This document shows positions 30,000-32,000 of a stretch of DNA of 32,000 bases, piece by piece. A program made the translations under genes and the position numbers. Source of the stretch: Mycobacterium tuberculosis H37Rv (GTDB lineage Bacteria > Actinomycetota > Actinomycetes > Mycobacteriales > Mycobacteriaceae); NCBI RefSeq assembly GCF_000195955.2, contig NC_000962.3:720001-752000 (forward strand). The letters are read 5' to 3'. Numbering within the stretch: the first letter of the stretch is position 1; every line of letters begins with the position of its first letter. The notes beneath the pieces were generated by a model, which did no database searches, was not told the origin of the DNA, and was given only the letters and a program-made list of their open reading frames with translations.

Positions 30000-31505
30000 A
30001 TGACCACCGCACAAGCCGCCGAATCCCAAAACCCATATCTCGAGGGCTTCCTGGCGCCGGTGAGCACCGAGGTAACTGCCACCGACCTGCCGGTCACCGG
30101 CCGCATTCCGGAACACCTCGACGGGCGTTATCTGCGTAACGGCCCCAACCCGGTCGCGGAGGTCGACCCGGCCACCTACCACTGGTTCACCGGCGACGCC
30201 ATGGTGCACGGAGTCGCGCTGCGCGACGGGAAGGCCCGCTGGTATCGCAATCGCTGGGTCCGCACACCCGCGGTGTGCGCCGCCCTGGGCGAGCCCATTT
30301 CGGCCCGGCCTCACCCGCGCACCGGGATTATCGAGGGCGGTCCCAACACCAACGTGCTGACCCACGCCGGACGCACCCTGGCCTTGGTTGAGGCCGGCGT
30401 GGTCAACTACGAACTCACCGATGAGCTGGACACCGTGGGACCCTGTGACTTCGACGGCACCCTGCACGGCGGTTACACCGCCCATCCGCAGCGTGATCCG
30501 CACACGGGTGAACTGCACGCGGTGTCCTACTCGTTCGCCCGCGGACACAGAGTGCAGTACTCGGTGATCGGCACCGACGGACACGCTCGTCGGACGGTTG
30601 ATATCGAGGTGGCGGGATCGCCGATGATGCACAGCTTCTCCCTGACCGACAACTACGTGGTGATCTACGACCTGCCGGTGACCTTCGACCCAATGCAGGT
30701 GGTGCCGGCGTCCGTGCCACGCTGGCTGCAACGGCCCGCCAGGTTGGTGATCCAGTCGGTCCTGGGCCGTGTCCGCATCCCCGACCCGATAGCGGCGTTG
30801 GGCAACCGGATGCAGGGTCACTCCGATCGCCTCCCGTACGCCTGGAACCCCAGCTACCCGGCGCGCGTCGGTGTCATGCCGCGCGAGGGTGGCAACGAGG
30901 ACGTGCGGTGGTTCGACATCGAACCCTGCTACGTATACCACCCACTTAACGCCTACTCGGAGTGCCGGAACGGCGCTGAGGTGCTGGTGTTGGACGTGGT
31001 GCGCTACTCACGGATGTTTGATCGCGACCGGCGGGGTCCCGGCGGTGACAGCCGGCCCTCGCTGGATCGCTGGACCATCAACCTGGCGACCGGTGCGGTG
31101 ACCGCCGAATGCCGCGACGATCGGGCGCAGGAGTTTCCCCGCATCAACGAGACTCTGGTGGGTGGGCCGCATCGCTTCGCCTACACCGTCGGCATCGAGG
31201 GTGGGTTTCTCGTCGGCGCCGGCGCTGCGTTGTCGACTCCGCTGTATAAACAGGACTGCGTGACCGGGTCCAGCACGGTCGCCTCGCTCGATCCCGACCT
31301 GCTGATCGGCGAGATGGTGTTCGTGCCGAACCCGTCGGCGCGTGCAGAAGATGACGGGATTCTCATGGGCTACGGCTGGCACCGCGGCCGCGACGAAGGC
31401 CAGCTGCTCTTGCTGGATGCCCAGACTCTCGAGTCGATCGCCACCGTGCACCTGCCACAGCGTGTGCCGATGGGCTTCCACGGCAACTGGGCGCCGACCA
31501 CCTGA
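30000..31505 (+). CDS. Carotenoid/apocarotenoid cleavage oxygenase (RPE65/CCO family, Rv0654-like)
   Basis: 501-aa ORF with the four spaced His-containing segments typical of the family (GYTAHPQRDP, MMHSFSLTDNY, VYHPLNAY, GFHGNW). Confidence 0.88.
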   Translation: MTTAQAAESQNPYLEGFLAPVSTEVTATDLPVTGRIPEHLDGRYLRNGPNPVAEVDPATYHWFTGDAMVHGVALRDGKARWYRNRWVRTPAVCAALGEPISARPHPRTGIIEGGPNTNVLTHAGRTLALVEAGVVNYELTDELDTVGPCDFDGTLHGGYTAHPQRDPHTGELHAVSYSFARGHRVQYSVIGTDGHARRTVDIEVAGSPMMHSFSLTDNYVVIYDLPVTFDPMQVVPASVPRWLQRPARLVIQSVLGRVRIPDPIAALGNRMQGHSDRLPYAWNPSYPARVGVMPREGGNEDVRWFDIEPCYVYHPLNAYSECRNGAEVLVLDVVRYSRMFDRDRRGPGGDSRPSLDRWTINLATGAVTAECRDDRAQEFPRINETLVGGPHRFAYTVGIEGGFLVGAGAALSTPLYKQDCVTGSSTVASLDPDLLIGEMVFVPNPSARAEDDGILMGYGWHRGRDEGQLLLLDAQTLESIATVHLPQRVPMGFHGNWAPTT

Positions 31506-31516
31506 CGGCGCCTCGG

Positions 31517-32000
31517 GTGCGATACAGTGACTCATACCACACAACGGGCCGGTGGCAGCCACGAGCGTCGACAGAAGGGTTTCCCATGGGCGTCAGCATC
31601 GAGGTCAACGGACTAACGAAGTCCTTCGGGTCCTCGAGGATCTGGGAAGATGTCACGCTAACGATCCCCGCCGGGGAGGTCAGCGTGCTGCTGGGCCCAT
31701 CGGGTACCGGCAAATCGGTGTTTCTGAAATCTCTGATCGGCCTCCTGCGGCCGGAGCGCGGCTCGATCATCATCGACGGCACCGACATCATCGAATGCTC
31801 GGCCAAGGAGCTTTACGAGATCCGCACATTGTTCGGCGTGCTGTTTCAGGACGGTGCCCTGTTCGGGTCGATGAACCTCTACGACAACACCGCGTTCCCC
31901 CTGCGTGAGCACACCAAGAAAAAGGAAAGCGAGATCCGTGACATCGTCATGGAGAAGCTGGCCCTAGTCGGCCTGGGTGGGGACGAGAAGAAGTTCCCCG
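31517..32000 (+). CDS. mkl: ABC-transporter ATPase Mkl/MceG (5' part, runs off the window)
   Basis: Not in the ORF track because no stop lies within the window. The frame is open from GTG 31517 (MRYSDSYHTTGRW...). In-frame ATG 31586, preceded by GAAGGG, is an alternative start (MGVSIEVNGLTKSFG). Walker A GPSGTGKS at about 31690-31715. Confidence 0.85.
   Translation, partial: MRYSDSYHTTGRWQPRASTEGFPMGVSIEVNGLTKSFGSSRIWEDVTLTIPAGEVSVLLGPSGTGKSVFLKSLIGLLRPERGSIIIDGTDIIECSAKELYEIRTLFGVLFQDGALFGSMNLYDNTAFPLREHTKKKESEIRDIVMEKLALVGLGGDEKKFP

Overview
This is a high-GC actinobacterial chromosome segment. From gene order and protein sequences (from memory, no search run) I recognise it as the Mycobacterium tuberculosis complex locus Rv0629c to Rv0655, probably H37Rv at about 720-752 kb. 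I support 29 CDS and 3 tRNAs.

Minus strand, left part of the window: recC-recB-recD, echA3, a membrane protein of unknown function, and a glyoxalase-II-like hydrolase.

Plus strand, middle of the window: a VapB-like orphan antitoxin, tRNA-Thr, tRNA-Met, rpmG2, hadABC, tRNA-Trp, secE-nusG, and rplK-rplA.

Minus strand, next block: a string of Rv0647c (ABC1 kinase), lipG, and mmaA1 through mmaA4.

Plus strand, right part: a translationally coupled GH38 mannosidase, 'fabD2' and ROK kinase trio, then rplJ-rplL.

Right end: a TetR gene, a divergent carotenoid-cleavage oxygenase, and the 5' part of mkl/mceG.

Two genes are missing from the ORF track: rpmG2 (55 aa) and the open-ended mkl.

I see no IS element, CRISPR array, rRNA, prophage or PE/PPE gene. 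This is core housekeeping and cell-envelope DNA, and I cannot support a claim of a new multi-gene system.

Unusual sequence-level observations:
1. A perfect 70-bp palindrome contains the Rv0647c start codon and abuts the GH38 gene.
2. GH38 homology begins exactly at that palindrome's edge and lacks the family's N-terminal metal-binding segment.
3. 'fabD2' has no acyltransferase motif.
4. The VapB-like antitoxin has no partner toxin.
5. A 32-bp U-tract-less hairpin follows rplA, and a degenerate half-copy of it lies just after rplL, inside the 3' end of the TetR gene.
6. There is a candidate TetR operator and a candidate L10 leader.

Most of the many long ORFs in the track are GC-driven shadow frames.
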